A DNA stretch of 64,000 nt from Oikopleura dioica (Eukaryota; Animalia; Chordata): assembly GCA_907165135.1 (NCBI GenBank), contig OU015570.1, positions 1,240,001-1,304,000 of the forward strand. Reading direction: 5' to 3'. A program made the position numbers and the translations under genes. Positions 34,170 to 47,730 of this stretch are shown here, one piece after another (within the stretch, counting starts at the first letter, position 1; every line of letters begins with the position of its first letter). The notes below the pieces were generated by a model. It was not told where the DNA came from and ran no database searches. It saw only the letters and a program-made list of their open reading frames with translations.

Positions 34170-36248
34170 AAAGGTTCGAACCTAACATGGGGCGCAATGT
34201 CAAGAGAGTCCGAACGCATGGAAGGAAGGCTAGTTCAGCCGCCGCGCTCGGCGCATAATTTCCCACTGCGTCCTCAGTTTCAGTCAGTTTTCGAGACATT
34301 TCAGAGGAAATAGGGCTCCCCCGGTTTTCAAACTTACATATGTTCTCAAGAGAGGTCCTTTCTTGAACATATATAAAAATCAGAATTTAAAAAGGTCGGT
34401 TAGGGCTTCAAAAGTCAGAGAAACCATTTTTTTGGCCGCGCTTGCCTCACAAAGCACTACCGCGCCGCCACCAAGACTCCATCAACGGGACATTTGAAAG
34501 CCTTCTAGTTCCTCCCCGGTCTTCAAAATTTAACAGACTTAAGAAAAATGTCTGTTCTTTGACATACAGTTTTTTTCCTCTTTTGTGGACCCCAAGTTTG
34601 TGGACATTTTTTCCATTTTAAGGCCTTTAAGTGGGACACTTTATAAAAGATGCTGTTCCAAGTTTGTGGACATTTTTTCGCGGAAAGAAATAAAAAAGAC
34701 AATTTTTTTTGTGGTGAGATTAATTCTAGCTAATCAAGATCGAGTTGTTCATTGTTTACGAAAAAAAAAGAAAATTAAAGGTTGAACTAGAGACAAAGGG
34801 GCCTTTGTCAGTCTTTCAGGAGCATAAATGCAAAGTCTAGAAAACCATTCGGCGTACTCAAATCTCGAAAAAAAATTTTAATCGATTTCGATGGGACATT
34901 TTTTCGGAAGACGTTGCCCAAGTTTGTGGACATTTTTCGAAAATTTTGGGACAAAAAATGTCCACAAAAGAGGAAAAGAACTGTATCTGAAAATCAGAGA
35001 TACAGAAGGTTGGTTGGATACATAGAGAGCAGGTTTTACCTGAATTTTCTAGAAAACTACACGTTTTTGATCAAAATTTAAGTTTTTGAGGTCAATTTAT
35101 GAACAAGCGTCATCTTTTTTCATATATTCAGAGGTTTTTCACTGAAATCCTTTCAAATTACGCGAAATAGATTGCCCGGTTCACTTCCGGTTCACCTCTA
35201 AATCATTGCTATAAGTGTACATCCATTCATATACCTTACAAGAGCATAACTGAGCTAATGCTCACTTGAAACAGCGCCACCTGGTGCATGCTCTCGCGCC
35301 CCACCTAGTGTCAGCTCTCGAGCGCCACCTAGTTGACACTCAGGAATAGCTCTCTAGTGACCTCTAGTGGTGGCTCAGTTGCGCCACCTATGGTGAGCAC
35401 AAAGCTTGAGATCTCATCCTGATTCATCAGTGACTGAGGATCGACTTCATTCGATGAAGGTCCTGGAACATTCTGGACACCCTTAATCACTATGACTCAC
35501 GATTACGAAGGATGACATCATTTGGAGAATCTACTCGAATATTCCATCACTGTTCTAAGAAGCTTGAAGATTCATCTATCCCGATCAAGGAGCTTCTCGA
35601 CTGTTCTTATTTTCCCTTTTCTGTACTATATAAAGCGTGCACCTTGCTGTTAGTTCATTATTATAATTCAGTAGAATAAAACCGACAAAAAACAACTTGA
35701 CTCTCTTTTATCCAGCAGAAACAAGCAGTACCCGAAGAAGCGACAGCAAGTGCAGCACCAACCACTAGGACTCATAGAGTACTAGTGGACTAGAGAGACC
35801 CCCCAGAGATTCTTCTCCTTTATAAATTTATATTTTCAGTTATTATTAGACAATTGCAAGTTTCTTTTTGTTACGTAACGGATCGTTCGATGGGTACAAA
35901 ATTTCGAAAGAAAGGTGTGCATTCCTGCCCCCTCTGCATTTTCTGTCACTTATTTTGTGAACATTGACCCTGACTCTCAGGCGTTTATCTTCTCATGAGA
36001 AGACTTCCAGATTGTGGGCGAAGACCTGTTGTATTTTATTTTTCTTTTCTCGTCAACGCGTGTTTCAGGTTCCGCCACGGTCTCAGCTAATCAGAAAAAA
36101 ACTCGGAACCTACCTTCGCTTCATAAATGGGAGGGCGCAGCGCTTAATCAACTCATTTTTAATTAACTTTCAACTTTTTCCAAGAAACACTTTCTTTCGA
36201 TTTTATAGAGATGGGTTTTCCGGTCGATGTTCCTATGGACCATAGGCT

Positions 36249-37430
36249 ATGGTAAGAAAAGATGCTCTAACTTGGCCTCTATCAGTCATTTCAGCCAAGT
36301 ACGATGGAAGATTTAGTAGCAGGGATCAATATGTTGATTGCAAAAGATGCTTCGCCAGAAGTTATGGTCCAGTACTTTCAGAATTACAAGAATGATGATT
36401 GGAAGAAATATGCAATGTGGGATCCTTACAGGTAGTTTTCGATCGATTACAGTACTGCAAACAGCTCTGAAAGGGTTCAATTTACAAATTTATTGGCGTT
36501 CTGCCTTATAAAATCCATCAAAAAAGGCATATTTTTGAAGATAAATATGACTTTGTTGAGTTGAAATCTCAAAATTAAACTTCAAACTCAAAGAATTCTA
36601 GATACACTCGAAATTTAATCGAAGAAGTCGACGGAAAATACTCATTGATCCTCCTCTGCTGGCCCGAATCCAACGCCAGCGCCATCCACGACCACCCAAA
36701 CTCCGACTGCATCATGAAGTGCCTCTCTGGAACTGTCAAAGAAACCCGCTTCGCCTGGCCAGAAAAGAAGAAAACGAAAATGACGGAAACTGGCTACACT
36801 GTAGGAACAGAGGGAGATGTTATTCACATAAATGGTGAGTTGAATTCTGGATCAGACTGGACCACAAGGGGCCTGGAGGGATCACCTGACCAAGTTAACA
36901 ATTTCCACTTTGGAGGTGGGGCAGGAGGCTCGGCTCGCAGCCTATTGCGTAATCGTAATAATGCAACATTATGCATTTCCGTGAGATAAACTCACATGGC
37001 CGAAAACATCACGTGGAAGCATAATCGCTACGGGGAAATTTGCGTCACAAATAACATTTTGGAATAAAAACATCTTGCTCAATCATTTTTGATGGGTGGG
37101 GCGGATGAGTTCAAATCGACCTCATAATAATTTAGACGGAAGAAATAAATCATTAAAATAAAATTACTCAAAAAGGGCGGGGCGTCACGTGTTGTCCAAA
37201 AATCAAAGATTGTTTCAGATGACCTGGGACTCCACCGCGTTGAAAATCCTTCATCTTCAGAAGGCGCTGTTACTCTCCACTTCTACTTTCCCTGCATTCA
37301 TGAATGTCTTGTTTTCGACGAAGAAACTGGCAAGGCTCGACGAGTAAAGATGACCTACACTTCCATCCGAGGCGTCAAGCAGACTCCACAACAGAAGTTT
37401 CTCCCGTCGTCCTATGCCCATTTTTTTTGA
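36249..37430 (+). CDS. CDO1: Cysteine dioxygenase type 1, copy 2 (stops at AHFF*)
   Basis: Same exons shifted by +4263. A T8 tract gives TGA at 37428-37430. Confidence 0.92.
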
Positions 37431-38433
37431 GGAATTGTCCAACTTTGTTAATTTGAACAACTGTCTGGTCAGCGATATTGGCAAGAGCGGAGCCAGTGGT
37501 GGTTTGTTCGCGGTGCTTCATCGCGCCGAAAACCCTCTCGCAGAAGCGGTTCGACGTTTCGTACTTTCCTTTGAGAGTAAGAGAGTTCATCTGATTGAAA
37601 TCTTTGAGAAGCTTCTTCTTTGCATCTATCAGACAGTGTCGAATTGTTCCATTAAGATCAGCTCGAAGTTCGGTAGTTCTGGGCATCTTTTGAATCTCGC
37701 GAAGTTTTCTATAAATTCAATTATTAATCGTGTTTTTTTTTTATTTTGAAGAATAAATTGGGGACCCCCATTTGGGGTACCCAAAAAATTTTTTTTTATT
37801 GAAGAATAATTGGGGTACCCAAAAATTTTTTTTATTGAACAATAATTGGGTTACCCAAAAATTATTTTAGAAGAATAAATTGGGGGTCCCAAAAATAGCG
37901 ACTCACTTGAAGTATTTGGAGTCCTTGTATTCTTCGACGACCAGATCAACAAGCTTGTCGTAGGGCTCATCTGATTCGACTGGCTTGTCCAAAGTATCCA
38001 AACATGATTTCATTTGAGTGCAAACGTCTTCGATCGTGCTCTCGATTCTCTCAGATGCTCTGAGAACCGGACCTGAGAACGAAGCCCAAATCCAAGGAGT
38101 CATTGAGGTGACAAGAATTGCGAGCTGTTTGTCCTCTAGAAGATGTAGAAGTTCTGATCCCCTTTTGCTCTCAGGAAAATTGCGAAGAACGGCCAAAGTC
38201 ACGTCCCTATAGAGCAAGAGCGCCTCTGCATTTGTCTTAGAACTTCCGATTCTCGATCCCATATCTGTGCAAAACGGCTTCTTCGACGAGTTTTCTCCAA
38301 GCTTCTCATTTAAGTCATCAAGCCTAAAAGAAACCATAAGAAAACGAAAAAAAATTTACATGTAACAACTGCAATGAGTACCGGAAATCCCTAGATTTTA
38401 GCATCGAACCACTTGGTTTTGTCACCTTATGCA
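37375..38433 (-). CDS. Unknown multi-exon gene convergent with CDO, copy 2
   Basis: Duplicate of the above, ending FLKKNGHRTTGETSVVESA*. Confidence 0.6.
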
Positions 38434-39429
38434 CAAAGGTTCGAACCTAACATGGGGCGCAATGTCAAGAGAGTCCGAACGCATGGAAGGAAGGCTAGTT
38501 CAGCCGCCGCGCTCGGCGCATAATTTCCCACTGCGTCCTCAGTTTCAGTCAGTTTTCGAGACATTTCAGAGGAAATAGGGCTCCCCGGTTTTCAAACTTA
38601 CATATGTTCTCAAGAGAGGTCCTTTCTTGAACATATATAAAAATCAGAATTTAAAAAGGTCGGTTAGGGCTTCAAAAGTCAGAGAAACCATTTTTTGGCC
38701 GCGCTTGCCTCACAAAGCACTACCGCGCCGCCACCAAGACTCCATCAACGGGACATTTGAAAGCCTTCTAGTTCCTCCCCGGTCTTCAAAATTTAACAGA
38801 CTTAAGAAAAATGTCTGTTCTTTGACATACAGTTTTTTCCTCTTTTGTGGACCCCAAGTTTGTGGACATTTTTTCCATTTTAAGGCCTTTAAGTGGGACA
38901 CTTTATAAAAGATGCTGTTCCAAGTTTGTGGACATTTTTTCGCGGAAAGAAATAAAAAGACAATTTTTTGTGGTGAGATTAATTCTAGCTAATCAAGATC
39001 GAGTTGTTCATTGTTTACGAAAAAAAGAAAATTAAAGGTTGAACTAGAGACAAAGGGGCCTTTGTCAGTCTTTCAGGAGCATAAATGCAAAGTCTAGAAA
39101 ACCATTCGGCGTACTCAAATCTCGAAAAAATTTTAATCGATTTCGATGGGACATTTTTCGGAAGACGTTGCCCAAGTTTGTGGACATTTTTCGAAAATTT
39201 TGGGACAAAAAATGTCCACAAAAGAGGAAAAGAACTGTATCTGAAAATCAGAGATACAGAAGGTTGGTTGGATACATAGAGAGCAGGTTTTACCTGAATT
39301 TTCTAGAAAACTACACGTTTTTGATCAAAATTTAAGTTTTTGAGGTCAATTTATGAACAAGCGTCATCTTTTTCATATATTCAGAGGTTTTTCACTGAAA
39401 TCCTTTCAAATTACGCGAAATAGATTGCC

Positions 39430-39900
39430 ATCATTTTGGGCGTGAAGCGCCTCGCCGCGCGCCGTTTCTCCGTGAGAATCCCTAATTATTGGTTTATTTC
39501 TATTGTAAAAATTTTTGTCTGTGAATTTTTCTAAACTCCGCAAATTTTTCCTCATCTCTACTGAATCCTCTTCTGTCGGATCATTTTCTACAAGTATGAA
39601 TTTCTTATCATCAGAAAATTCTTTTAAAAGTGATTTTTCATATTGTTTCCGGTCAAGAATCACAATGACCGAATCCTTATCCCCAAGTACGAAAACTATG
39701 TCCTGATTGTTTTTTAGGAAATTTTTGATTTCCTTATTTGAACTATCTTGACCGAAACAGCAAGAAAGTTTTTCATGAAAAACAGAAATTTTGGATTTCA
39801 AATGAAATCGTGATAATGGTGTGAGAGCTTTAAAATCATCGTTCTTCTCTAAATGTTGTATTAAAGAATAAATTCACTTAGTAAATTCAGAGAATGACGA
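39430..39900 (-). mobile_element. Penelope-like element N-terminal fragment (PLE-4)
   Basis: DIVFVLGDKDSVIVILDRKQYEKSLLKEFSDDKKFILVENDPT matches the ADKG..V.MD..Y....L.D...F.....DPT pre-RT motif also seen in PLE-1. Confidence 0.7.
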
Positions 39901-42900
39901 CTCCCACCTGATGGTGCACGCCAACCTCTTTCGAGAATTGAAACAATGTTTTGAGGTATAGTTTTCTTTGAAAAATTTTTTATTTCAAATTTAAGTGGTC
40001 CTTTAGATGAATTAAATTTCTTTAATTTTTCTAATTTAAATTCCGCTTAAAATCTCTATCTTCATCTCTTATTCTAGCGCGATTTACTTGATCAATAATT
40101 ATTTTGATTCTCTCTCTTTCACACGAGAAACCTTGATTTTCAAAAAATTTCGAAAGATTTTCATAAAATATTATCCGCTTCTCTTCAACCTTTTTAGAAC
40201 ATTTTTCTAATTCTCTTAAAAGTATTTTATGTCTCTCTCTATTAATCCTAGATTTTCCCCAATTACAAAATTTTATAACTGATGCTGGAACTCTAATAAA
40301 AGTAGGCTTTAAATCATTTTCTGCACAGTCGCTTACGAATTCATGTGCTTTTCTGGCCCTATGCAGTCGACTTGCATGGTTTTCCTAGTTTCTCAAAAGT
40401 TGACGTCGTGTTCCTTAAATCGCGTGATTGATAAATGACATCGTGTAGATAAATGTAGGAGTTTATTGCAATTTGCTGAATGGCACTTTTTTCACACTTT
40501 GGTGCCGATTTACGCCATCTTCTGGTGAAGTTAGACTTTTCGTGTAAGCAGATAAAATGTTCCTTACACTTAGTTTAATAGATTTAGAGGGTTAAAAGAG
40601 GCTTTTTCGGACCTTAAATTTTCAAGCGCGTGGCCTATCTATAATATATTTAATATAATATTTTTTTAAAGTTTAAAATTTTTTCTTTTTTCTTTTTTTT
40701 TACCCTTCATTCGTGTGTGGTCTTTTGTTTTTTATTGTAAAAATTCTTATTCTTTTGCACCATCAACTAGACAAAACATCACCAAAATAGTTTTTATTTA
40801 GTTCCGCCATTGCTTTGGTCAAAAGTGGGAAAGCGGTGAGGACATTTTCGGCTAAGACAACAGCGCCAAGGGGCGGCCAAAAGATGTCACAGGGGGTAGA
40901 GACATCTTTTTTTTCCCGGGCAATGCTTTACTTTCATCGGTATAACGGCATCCTGAAAAGTAGGGCACGGCGGGGTACTGGGCGAGCGAGGCGCGCCGCG
41001 CCAATTTCATTTTCTACCCTTAAGAGGCATCCATATTCAAAAGGAGAAAAAAAAGCAATTGAAAAAACAATTAATTTTTCCAGAAGTCATTTCCGGTTCC
41101 CTCCTTAAAAAACTATTCGGGTATTCAGAATACCGTATTCTCCTTTTGCCGGAAAAAAACCCCGAAATCGCGGCACTCGAACGGTCATATCCAAAACGAT
41201 TTAGAAATGTCCTTTTTACGTCTATTAATAGGTTTTATAAAAGGGTTCTTTTTTTTCATTTTTGGTCATTGGAGAGAATTATGTTGTTTTATTGATCCTT
41301 CTTTATGATTCATAGACTATGAACAAATGCAAAGGATTTATCAATCATTTATTTTGATAAGAGTAATTGGTACTGGGAGTACCAAATTGGTACTGGTTGT
41401 ACCAATTGGTACTGGGAGTCCCCGGTAGCCGAATTTTTGCCAACTTCTTACTCTTGCAAAAAATATTAAAATCTGAGCACAAGCAAGAAACATATCATTA
41501 ATTCTTGCTTGGATCGCAGTGAGTCAGTTGTAAAATTTTTACAGAGTGTGAAGGAATGCGGCTTCGCACATCGAATCCCACTATGGGTAGCGACACGATA
41601 AAGTGACGTACCCACTAGAGGCTTAGTAAGATTTATCTAGACAAGTTTTTATTAAAGCATCCAATCCTAAAGAATTCAGTTGATTTAAGGCGCGATTGAC
41701 CATCAAATCCTCCAAGGACCCATAATCGATTTTTGTATGTCATTGCAACAACACCAGAGCGTCTTGTTTGCATTGGTTGAATCTTAAAAAAATTTTAGTC
41801 TTTAGCGATAAATATTACGATAGCGTCTTTCTCTAAGTAAAAAAAGATAATAACATTTTCAAACGGAAGGCTCTTGGGGTAAGGGTCAGCTCGAATAACA
41901 ACCAGTTTAATCCCCTAAAAGAGTGATCGAGGTCGAAATTGAAAGCTAAGAAGTAAGATCTATTGAGCTCTCGCTTCGAGACTACAACGAAAATCTAGAA
42001 CCTCCGATTGCCGCCAAAATGACCATTTTAGGTAAGTTAGCGATCTCTGACGAAAAGCTTTGTAAAAAATTTTTTTGAAATTCGAAATTTCGGCAAATAT
42101 AGAAAAGTCAAAATTTTTTGTACCACAAGTAAAATAAGGGTGTAACTAACGTGGTTTTCCATCTTAAGAGCGCACAACATAAGAGCGTGTATACTTGTGC
42201 TAGCTTGTTTATTTAGTAAAAGAAAGAATAGTAGAATGAGTTGCAGATAGGATATGCTAAGGGTCCACGCTCAATAATTGTTGTAATAAACAACCGTTTT
42301 CACCCTTTTTCCAAAAAAATTATTAAAGTTGAGAAATAATGAGGCCGCAAAGTAAGCAAAAATGCAAAATCACCCAAGATCGCGCGTTTTTTAAAATAAA
42401 AAATTGTAAAAATAAGTTATTTTGTATTGTTAATTCGAAAATAAAATCCTTGTTTTGGAGGATGGCCTAAATTTTACGAAATCGACAATTTTTCGGGGGG
42501 TCTAAATTTTTAATTTTTCAAAAAAACTCAACCGATTTATAAATATACAGTTAACTCGCACAATTTGGCCCCGCACAATTCGGCCCTTTTTTTGAATTCC
42601 GCTAAAACGTTTGAAACTCGCACAATTTGGCCCCCCTGCCCTCTTCATCAAACTAAAAATAGAACAAAAGTTTTATTTTATAGATATTTATTGTTTCAAA
42701 AAAGACAGAATTGAAGACTGCTTTGTTTTCTTCTGGGTTTTGATTAACTGACAGTTAATCAACCGGGGCTTAAGGGATCCCCCCCTGATTTGGCCAACTT
42801 TGAGGTCGAACTACTTTTTTTGGGCTTAGCTATCTTAGAAGTGAGGAGATTTTTTTAAAGCCCATTTCTTCATAAGCAATCACTTGTATGGAAATCTAAT

Positions 42901-43760
42901 TTAAAAAGGCGAATCATCTCTAAAAATAGCCGTTAAGGCATTGATAGTCGCGAAAACCCTAGTTTTGGGCCATTTTCAAAATCGACTTTTTTCCCTCTGA
43001 TATATTTCCCCGATCTTAATCTTAAAACCTTCCTTGTGCCCGAAACTACAATCTCTCGTACAGGCATCTGATTATGTCAAGGATTGAAGATTTTTTCTTT
43101 ACGAAAACTTTATCGACTTATTTTGGCCACTTTATATGCTCTGTAGCGCCTCTTAGTGGCTAAATATTGCATCGAAACTATTTTTTCCTGATTCAACTTC
43201 GTCTTAGCTATCTATAGAGCCCTCATTCATATGAATCTGTCGACTTTGAAAAGTCAAAAATTTCGCGAATTTTTCGGGGACGCTCGTGTACCAAAATTTT
43301 TTGGTATTCGAATAAATTAAATATTCAAAAATTGGTATTCGAATACCATAATTTTTTTACCAGACTGTATTTCTTCCTTCAAAAAACAACTAAACTACTC
43401 CCAAAGGTTCCTACAAGACAGGCGCGGAGCGCATAGGGTCTCTTTAGGTACATCAAATTTGGACTTTTTGAGGAAATTTGGTATTCGAATACCAATTTTG
43501 GTCAGTGAAAGCCAAAAATTGAGATTTCTCGAGCTTTCGAGGTGCTACAATGCAAGTCTCGCACCTCCGATTGTCAGCATAATAACCATTTTCGATCTTC
43601 GGGCCTTCTAGATCTTTCGTCCCTGGCTTTTAAATTTAAATGGGCTTGACGGCTGGTATATTTGTTAGTAGTGGTGGCGCTGCGCGCCTTGACGATGTTA
43701 AGCGTATAGATTGTGAAGCACTTTTAAGGGTACGGGTATCGATTTTGAAAAGGGGTTTAT

Positions 43761-46700
43761 TGTACTGCTTGCTTCTATTTTGCAAGTGACAAAGAAAAAG
43801 GAAACAAAAGTTTGTATCTCGTAGTTTATTGACACTCAAATTTATCTCTGGGAGCGTTAGTAAGTGAAAAAGTGTGAACAGTGAACAGTTTATATACTTA
43901 TCCACCAATTTCGTTGATTTCCGTGCTGTTCGTTATTTTCCAAGGATTTCGTTGATAACCACGGATTCGGCGGATTTTCGCAAGCGCGGTTATTTTTCGT
44001 CAAGTTCGTTGAAAACGAACTTTTTGGTTTTCAGCGCGCTGCGTCACGTGCGCTCGCTTGCGGCTCCTAAGTCACGTGCGCACTTAACGCGCCAGGGGCA
44101 AGCTCGCTTACTACAGTAGAATTGTGCAAAAGTCATACTGCATAGAATAAGCACTACAAATCCTTCCCCTCTTAATTGATGACTTTTGCACATGAATTTT
44201 ACAAAGAAATCGTCATCTTGTGTTTGCAACTCGTGTTGATGTTTGCAGTAGGTTTTCCATTTGATTGTTTTTGTTTTCCGATAGACTAAGCTGTATGCGA
44301 AGCAGGCGATTTTTGCTTCTACTTTCGTCATGAAACATATCATATGGAGAGATTTGGGCCCGGATGCGCGCGGTGGGCACAAATATCACATAAAAATAGA
44401 GGTCCACAAGTCCAGTAGCCATCAAGGTAGCTGTGCGGGCCAAGGCTGGGTTTGATAGAGCAGGTTCCCTCTGCGTTGAAGCTAACTAGCCATTTGATAA
44501 CATGGATTATACGAGGTCCATGGCACGGTTCTCGCTCGTTCTCATTCTCTCTCGGTTGTTGATGGTCTTCCAGCATACAGTCAGCTATTCTTAAGCTGTA
44601 AGGACTCGAGAAGGTCTCGTTTTACATTCCTTTTGTTTTCGTATAATTTTCTCGGCGGAATAACTTCTCCCTCTTAGTTATCGTTTTGATTGCTCTTTTG
44701 TAATTCTCGTAATGGTTTCGAAATGATTTTCTTACAGCTTTTGAGATGGCTGCAGAATGACAATTCGAAAAATTTGTTCATCCCTCTCGTAGGGATTGCT
44801 CTTAAATATATTTATCTCTTCTCCTCTCCTCTCATTTTTTTTGGATTTTGTTTTTCTCGTTTCTATTGTGTTTTTGTCTTCGATTGATTTATACAATCAC
44901 AGGATACGTCGAGTACGTCTTTAAAACTGTGTCTTCTTCAGTTGAGAAACGTAGTCAATAACTCTTCTGGGCGCATTTTCTGAATGAAGGTATTTGCAGT
45001 CATCTTTAAATCTGCAATTGCGATTGTTTATGAAATTTTTGCAGAATCCTTCCAATTTTTCCGGTTGGATTTTTTCAGTGACTCTTCTCTCACCACTTCG
45101 ATTTTCGTGGATCATTTCTTTTATCTTATTCACGAACTCTCGAAAGAACTCGTTTCTATCTTCAGTCTTGATACTGAAGTTAATATCACGTTTTGGGATA
45201 GCGTTTTCGATCTCATTGGCTCTTATTGCAATATTGTCAATCGTTAACGCTGATTTCTCTCGCATTAACAATTCGCGTATTTTCGGATCTTGTGCTTCTG
45301 CAAATCGCTCTATGATCAGAAGTTTGTCGTTTTCTCCAAGATTTTTCAGGCTGTATCCCTGTTTGTAAAGGCTTATCAGTTTACTTAGACACATTCCGAA
45401 GCTGTCGGATCCGCGATTGTAGGTTTTGAACTCATTTTTGTAGTAGTCCGCGGTTTTACCAAGCATCGCTGTTAGTCGCTGTTTGAATTTTCTCCAATCG
45501 TTAAGGTCTTCTTCTTCAAGGCTCTCGATGATATGACTTCCTTCTGACTCGTTCAGTAGTGTCGTTAGTGCCACTGTGATTACCTCGTTGTCTTTCAATC
45601 TGGAGCAGCGGGCGTAAATATCGAGATTTTTAAGCCATGAAGCGATAGGGATTGTTCCATCATATTTCGGCGGCCTAACTTTCAATGTAGATGGCATTGA
45701 CACTTTCGTCGACATTGGTGAAGCTGGCTTTGCTGTTGGCTTCGGTTTTTTATCATGCGGCTTAGACTCTCTTTTTTCCTTTTTGATATTCGGACGATTT
45801 TCTGAGTTCTGTGTTTCTGGAATAACAGTTTCATCAGCCTCGTTCTTAGATTGATCATCGGACTGATCTAGCTCGTCTTCAATCTCGCTATCAGTGACGG
45901 GTAGGTTTGCCATCAGTGAATCAACATCTTTTGCTGCTTTCGATGTCTGAATTTGCTCGAGGTCCAATCGATGGTGGCGTTTCGCATATTTTTGTTCAGC
46001 CGAATCTGCTGCATTTGGATGATCTGCGGCAAAAGAAGGTAGATAGTCAACAAAACCTTCTGCGTTTTTCTTGAAAAAGAATTTCCTTCCGCGAGCTAAG
46101 ACAGACTCATCAATGTGTAGGATATTCGCGGCAACGGAAGCTTTATCACTTATTGGAATCGGGGTTGGAAAGACTCGCCCATCCAGTGAATCGTAAATTT
46201 TCACGAGCTCCGTTCTGCTCAGATCGACAACAAGTTTGAAATAAGTTTCACTAATTGTTGAAGCGCTCACAAGGTCCGATTTTAAGTGCTAAACTGATCC
46301 TAAAGGTTCACCTGTCGGTGGTTCAACTTATGGTTAAACTCCGCTTGCTTAGGTTAACCCTGGATATAGTTGGTAATTAAGGACCTTATAACCTGTCCTT
46401 TGAATAAATCAGGGAAAATCGTGTCAGCAGCTCTCTTCGATCGTAACAGCAGCTCTCTTCAATCGTATTCGGGGAATAGTAATTTACAGAATTTGTCGCT
46501 GTAAATTCTTGCCGTTTGTATCAGTCACCAATTTTGTACTGCTTGCTTCTATTTTGCAAGTGACAAAGAAAAAGGAAACAAAAGTTTGTATCTCGTAGTT
46601 TATTGACACTCAAATTTGTCTCTGGGAGTGTTAGTAAGTGAAAAAGTGTGAACAGTGAACAGTTTATATACTTATCCACCAATTTCGTTGATTTCCGTGC

Positions 46701-46932
46701 TGTTCGTTATTTTCCAAGGATTTCGTTGATAACCACGGATTCGGCGGATTTTCGCAAGCGCGGTTATTTTTCGTCAAGTTCGTTGAAAACGAACTTTTTG
46801 GTTTTCAGCGCGCTGCGTCACGTGCGCTCGCTTGCGGCTCCTAAGTCACGTGCGCACTTAACGCGCCAGGGGCAAGCTCGCTTACTACAGTAGAATTGTG
46901 CAAAAGTCATACTGCATAGAATAAGCACTACA
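43761..46932 (-). mobile_element. Non-autonomous gag-only LTR retrotransposon (3.17 kb)
   Basis: 398-bp LTRs at 43761-44158 and 46535-46932 (two mismatches seen), TSD TTAT, PBS-like TGGTGACTGA, PPT GAGGGGAAGGATT, a single intact ORF, no pol. Confidence 0.93.
44921..46270 (-). CDS. gag: Gag (449 aa) with a C-terminal CCCH zinc finger, homologous to the Tor-like Gag
   Basis: N-terminus YFKLVVDLSRTEL..FPTPIP matches YYKFVVDLTAKEI..YPLPIP. RPPKYDG..W capsid-like start; CKNFINNRNCRFKDDCKYLH; TAA stop. GTG start called by the ORF track. Confidence 0.9.
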   Translation of the reverse strand: MSASTISETYFKLVVDLSRTELVKIYDSLDGRVFPTPIPISDKASVAANILHIDESVLARGRKFFFKKNAEGFVDYLPSFAADHPNAADSAEQKYAKRHHRLDLEQIQTSKAAKDVDSLMANLPVTDSEIEDELDQSDDQSKNEADETVIPETQNSENRPNIKKEKRESKPHDKKPKPTAKPASPMSTKVSMPSTLKVRPPKYDGTIPIASWLKNLDIYARCSRLKDNEVITVALTTLLNESEGSHIIESLEEEDLNDWRKFKQRLTAMLGKTADYYKNEFKTYNRGSDSFGMCLSKLISLYKQGYSLKNLGENDKLLIIERFAEAQDPKIRELLMREKSALTIDNIAIRANEIENAIPKRDINFSIKTEDRNEFFREFVNKIKEMIHENRSGERRVTEKIQPEKLEGFCKNFINNRNCRFKDDCKYLHSENAPRRVIDYVSQLKKTQF

Positions 46933-47019
46933 TTATATTGCCCGAAAGAGATTTATTTTGTATTTCATTGAATTTTAGGCGAAATTTGAGGCATTTTTGA
47001 AATAGATTATGGCCGGTAA

Positions 47020-47590
47020 ATGTCCGATTCTCATTTACGCCCATGTCTCTTGCCCTGACCCTCCTCAAATTCCAATCCGATGACTCATACATCACGACAT
47101 ATCATGATCATCACATCAAAGGGCGCCCGCCGCTTATCACTTCCGGCGCGCGGCGCGCCCTTCCGCTGATAGCAAATCCAGATGGATCCCGATCCTTATC
47201 ACCACATTCTCCTGTCTACTTTCTCATCTCCAGATTCTCATCAAGTGGCGCTCTTAAGTCACTCTCTATCTCCCTGTACTCTTTACCGCCTCTTTCCCTG
47301 CACTATATAAACTGCAACATATCAGAATATACTCACTTCTACTACAGAAACCCAAAACACAAAACGCCTCTTTACTCAGCAACTACTCAACACAGCATAC
47401 TCCGCAACACAGCACGTATTGCAATTTCAACAAAGCTCCTTCCGAGCTTTCTCTATACACATCCCTTGAGTACTCGTACTACTGGGATAGCGAATTGTTA
47501 TCTAGAAGTTAGGTGATCCATTTAGTGGACTTCACCGCAGCCCTAGTATAAAACAGAGCAAGGATCTTCGACCTTCAGTAGCACTCGCCC
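47020..47590 (+). repeat. Probable 5' LTR/leader of a degraded LTR element
   Basis: Begins TGTCCG, contains ACTTCCGG and TATATAAA (~47312), and lies upstream of the gag-pro remnant. No partner LTR found. Confidence 0.4.
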
Positions 47591-47730
47591 AGTACTTGAA
47601 CTGGCCGAGGAAGCGCTCATCTTATAGATTGTAAGCTGCCAACATTCGTCGTTTTCGAGATATGAGCGCTAAAAATTTGATCGTAAAAATTTTTTGGCTT
47701 CAATTTTTATCAATGAGGCCTTTTGTGAAA

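Larger units (their letters stand above)
30914..39429. repeat. Head-to-tail tandem duplication of a ~4.26-kb unit (30914-35175 and 35176-39429)
   Basis: Near-identical copies with ORF offsets of 4263-4264 bp. The junction GATTGC|CCGGTTCAC has 1-2 bp microhomology. Confidence 0.95.
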
